NCBI GenBank assembly: GCA_030265395.1
Contig: JARFYF010000050.1
Coordinates: 20,315,594-20,379,593, forward strand
DNA: 64,000 nucleotides
Origin: Rhina ancylostomus
Lineage: Eukaryota
Reading direction: 5' to 3'
Under the pieces are notes generated by a model, which did no database searches, had not been told where the DNA came from, and saw only the letters and a program-made list of their open reading frames with translations. Both the position numbers and the translations under genes were made by a program. This document shows positions 61,281-64,000 of the stretch, one piece after another; position 1 is the stretch's first letter; every line of letters begins with the position of its first letter.

Positions 61281-62699
61281 TATTCAACATCAGTCCTGCA
61301 GCATTACAGTTCAAAGTATGTGACACCGAGCAGTATGCACCTCAACAAAGCTGGCCCTAATAGAAGCTATAAGGTCCAGTCAAGCACATCCTAAAGGGAC
61401 AGACTTGACCTGACCCACTGCTGGGAAGTCTGTCACAGAAGACAAAGATAGATTCTTCTCAGACAAACCAATTAAACAGAGTTCACAGCATTTTGGAGGT
61501 GAGGTTTTCTATTTGTTTTGTGGGGACAAGATGACAGGTGAGCAGTCTATTTGTTGGCTGGGATTTTATGTTCATCACCATAATGTCCAATTGTGTTGAA
61601 GTGGGGTGCCTGACCTTTGGTCTGGCCTGGCAGCCTTACTAACAGTTCACCTGTATCTGCCCCATCACACCTGCTGATGGTTCCAACCCAGAAATGCCGC
61701 CTTAAGAAATTAAGGCATGGCCACGTTTGTGGTTCGTTCTAGACGCATGTCACTATGAATGGTTAGTGGGTAGAACTACACTATATATTGGGGAATCTTG
61801 CACTTATGTCCATGAGGTTTTACATAAAGTACACTTGAAAATTATTCTCTGAGACCCTGGTGAAAATTGCATTGGTCCACCATGCAGTGTCACTTTATGT
61901 CATATTTGTATAGACAAAGCAATTTCCAGGCCATTATGTTCCCAGTGTCTTGGTAGCATTAACATTTTCTAAAACTATACAAAATGCAGGTGAAGAATAA
62001 AAATAGATTAACCTTTGGCATTATTCTATGTTATATTATGACCACAAAGTAAAAGGACACAATTCTAAACTAGTCAAATGTGTCAGGACTGTCGGTGACA
62101 GCATATAACATTTCAGATGTAGTGTGGAAGAGGGAACTGGGAAATAATTAGTGACAATTACATTATAAAATTGAGGGGGGAGATTGTAGTTTCCTGTGAA
62201 ATATTGGACTAGATGGATTGAATGGCCTCCTTGACCTGTACTGAACTTTACAGAATGCCATACAATGGATTTCAGAAACATGGGTTGGAAGTTGGTCTAT
62301 TTTTCACTCAGATGTATTTCATATTGGTGAAAGTCTCTCATTGTGTCAGAAATACATGGAATTTCCTTTTCAGTTCATTCCCTTTTCTCCAATGAAAACA
62401 GTATCATTTTCACATCTTTTCTTGATTGTTTGAAGAAATTTGCGCATGTTTCCAGGTTTGGATAGCTACTCTTGTATGAATAAAGAAATTACTCCCACTA
62501 TTCTATTCCAGTGGCCACTTTATAGCACTCGTATTACACCTGGCTAAATTTATTGCTCCCGCAGCAAAAGCTAGAGCTATGGGCATTCTTCTGATCTTGA
62601 AATGCAGTAAATTTACATGTTACAGATCAGTCCACTTCAGAAAGAAAGAGAATGTGGACAACGTTTTAAGAATCTTATGAAAAGGAATAAAAAAGCAAA

Positions 62700-63210
62700 A
62701 TCTATGAAAGCAAGCCGAGGAATTCAAAGAGATGGATAAGAGGCTTTAAGAGAATGCAGTGAAGCAGATGTATAGACATAAAGAAGGCAGACAATCCACT
62801 TCAAATATTTTAGAAGCAGGAGAACAGTACAAAGTGCTGGTGAATCACTTACAATTGATAATTGAGAGGTTGTGAGTGAAGTCAGGAAAAGTGCTGAAAT
62901 ATTAAATCATCAAATTCAAGTGTTCAGAAGGGCTATGCATTAGTGGGAGCCAAAAAAGAGGTAAGCCCCCACACATTAATTATTCAGAAGATGTGTAATG
63001 GGTGTAATAGGGGCCCATATTTTATCCATTATGTTAAAGATGGATGTGCCCCAAAAGCTGGCAAATTTAGACTTCTGAATGAGCTCTTGAAATAGTATCA
63101 GAAACATCAAAATAGAAGAAACCATTTACCAGCAAGGTAGGAATGAAAATATTCAAAGTCACAAGGAGGAAAGATTGGGCAACTGTAGAGATTTTAGTTT
63201 CACCCTAAGC
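62700..63210 (+). mobile_element. Very old CR1 ORF2 fragment (upstream of the RT core)
   Basis: FKYFRSRRTV..AGESL..VVSEVRKSAEILN; GP...P..LK; IFK..GNCR..SFT. Confidence 0.55.
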
Positions 63211-64000
63211 TCTGGCAACTTTTATCCAATGGGTTTCAATGACTTGTCTCAGGTTATTCTGAATCTCCTCACGAACTCTTTGCTGGGCTCATTTAGTTTT
63301 TTTATAAATCATTTTTTCATCATTTACAGAAAATCATGTAAGTAGACAGAATGTTGAACTGTACCACCCAAAGTATAATTGAAAAGTGGAGAGAGATTAC
63401 ATCTAGCCTTGGTGAGATTGTATTAAAATTTTACATGGAGTTTTGATATCCCTATTTTGGAAAGCTTATGTTATTTATTAAGGGTATGTACAGAATTGGA
63501 TTCATTCCAGAGATTGCCTTGAGGAAAGACCAGAACTTTCTCTCTTGAAAAGAAATCAAGTTATGAAACAAAGACAAAAAGAGATTGTTGGATTTACGTA
63601 GCAGGTCAGTTTTCACCAAGGGAGAAATGTCAAGCTGATGTTTCTGTCAGAAACTGCTTCAAAATGAGGAACTCAAAGATGTGAAATTTTAACAGAATCA
63701 GCAGGGAGAGACCAATCATAAACTGAAAGCTGCTGGAGGAAAAGTTGGAATTAATTGGGACCCATTGGTTGGAATACTGGTGGCACACGAATGTCAGATG
63801 GCTCAACCAATGATGCTGACATCATTGAACTGGTTGAGCCATCTAGTCTACCAGTGATGAGTTGGACACATCATCAGGGAACCAATATCGTGAGTGGTTA
63901 GCCCCACTACTTAAAGCTAGCCTGCAGTCCTTAAAGGGAAGTTATAGAAGATACTGGCAGTCATGCTGGAAGTGAAAGTATCCTAGATGTTACTGAGGTG

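Noticed and set aside
63849-64000. Box C/D snoRNA-like layout (tacc-a-GTGATGA ... CTGA-ggtg)
   Set aside because: About 150 nt long, no recognisable rRNA/snRNA antisense guide, interior looks Harbinger-derived, and it is cut by the window edge.

Overview
AT-rich, CpG-poor vertebrate genomic DNA with 12 short N-gaps. The repeat repertoire points to a cartilaginous fish (shark/ray): HER1-type CR1 LINEs, SacSINE1/Deu-type SINEs and Penelope 3' ends with the 'acagatgctgcctgacctgctgag' tail. I found no intact protein-coding gene, rRNA, tRNA or CRISPR, so the window reads as intronic or intergenic. It is a layered record of mobile DNA: many CR1, L2, SINE and Penelope-like fragments, a Tx1/L1 RT fossil, and two decayed Harbinger elements (transposase plus Myb-like ORF2). 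There are also very old hAT/BED, pogo and probable Helitron-helicase fossils visible only by reading through stops and frameshifts, and one young CpG-rich solo LTR with a 4-bp TSD inserted into a CR1. The best second-look items are: minimal hammerhead-ribozyme motifs with covarying stem II in the Penelope tails; the solo LTR; the Helitron-like fossil; and a GT-AG exon pair upstream of a hAT fossil. I cannot support a genuinely new biological system here. All family assignments come from motif recall by eye, not database searches, and repeat boundaries are approximate.
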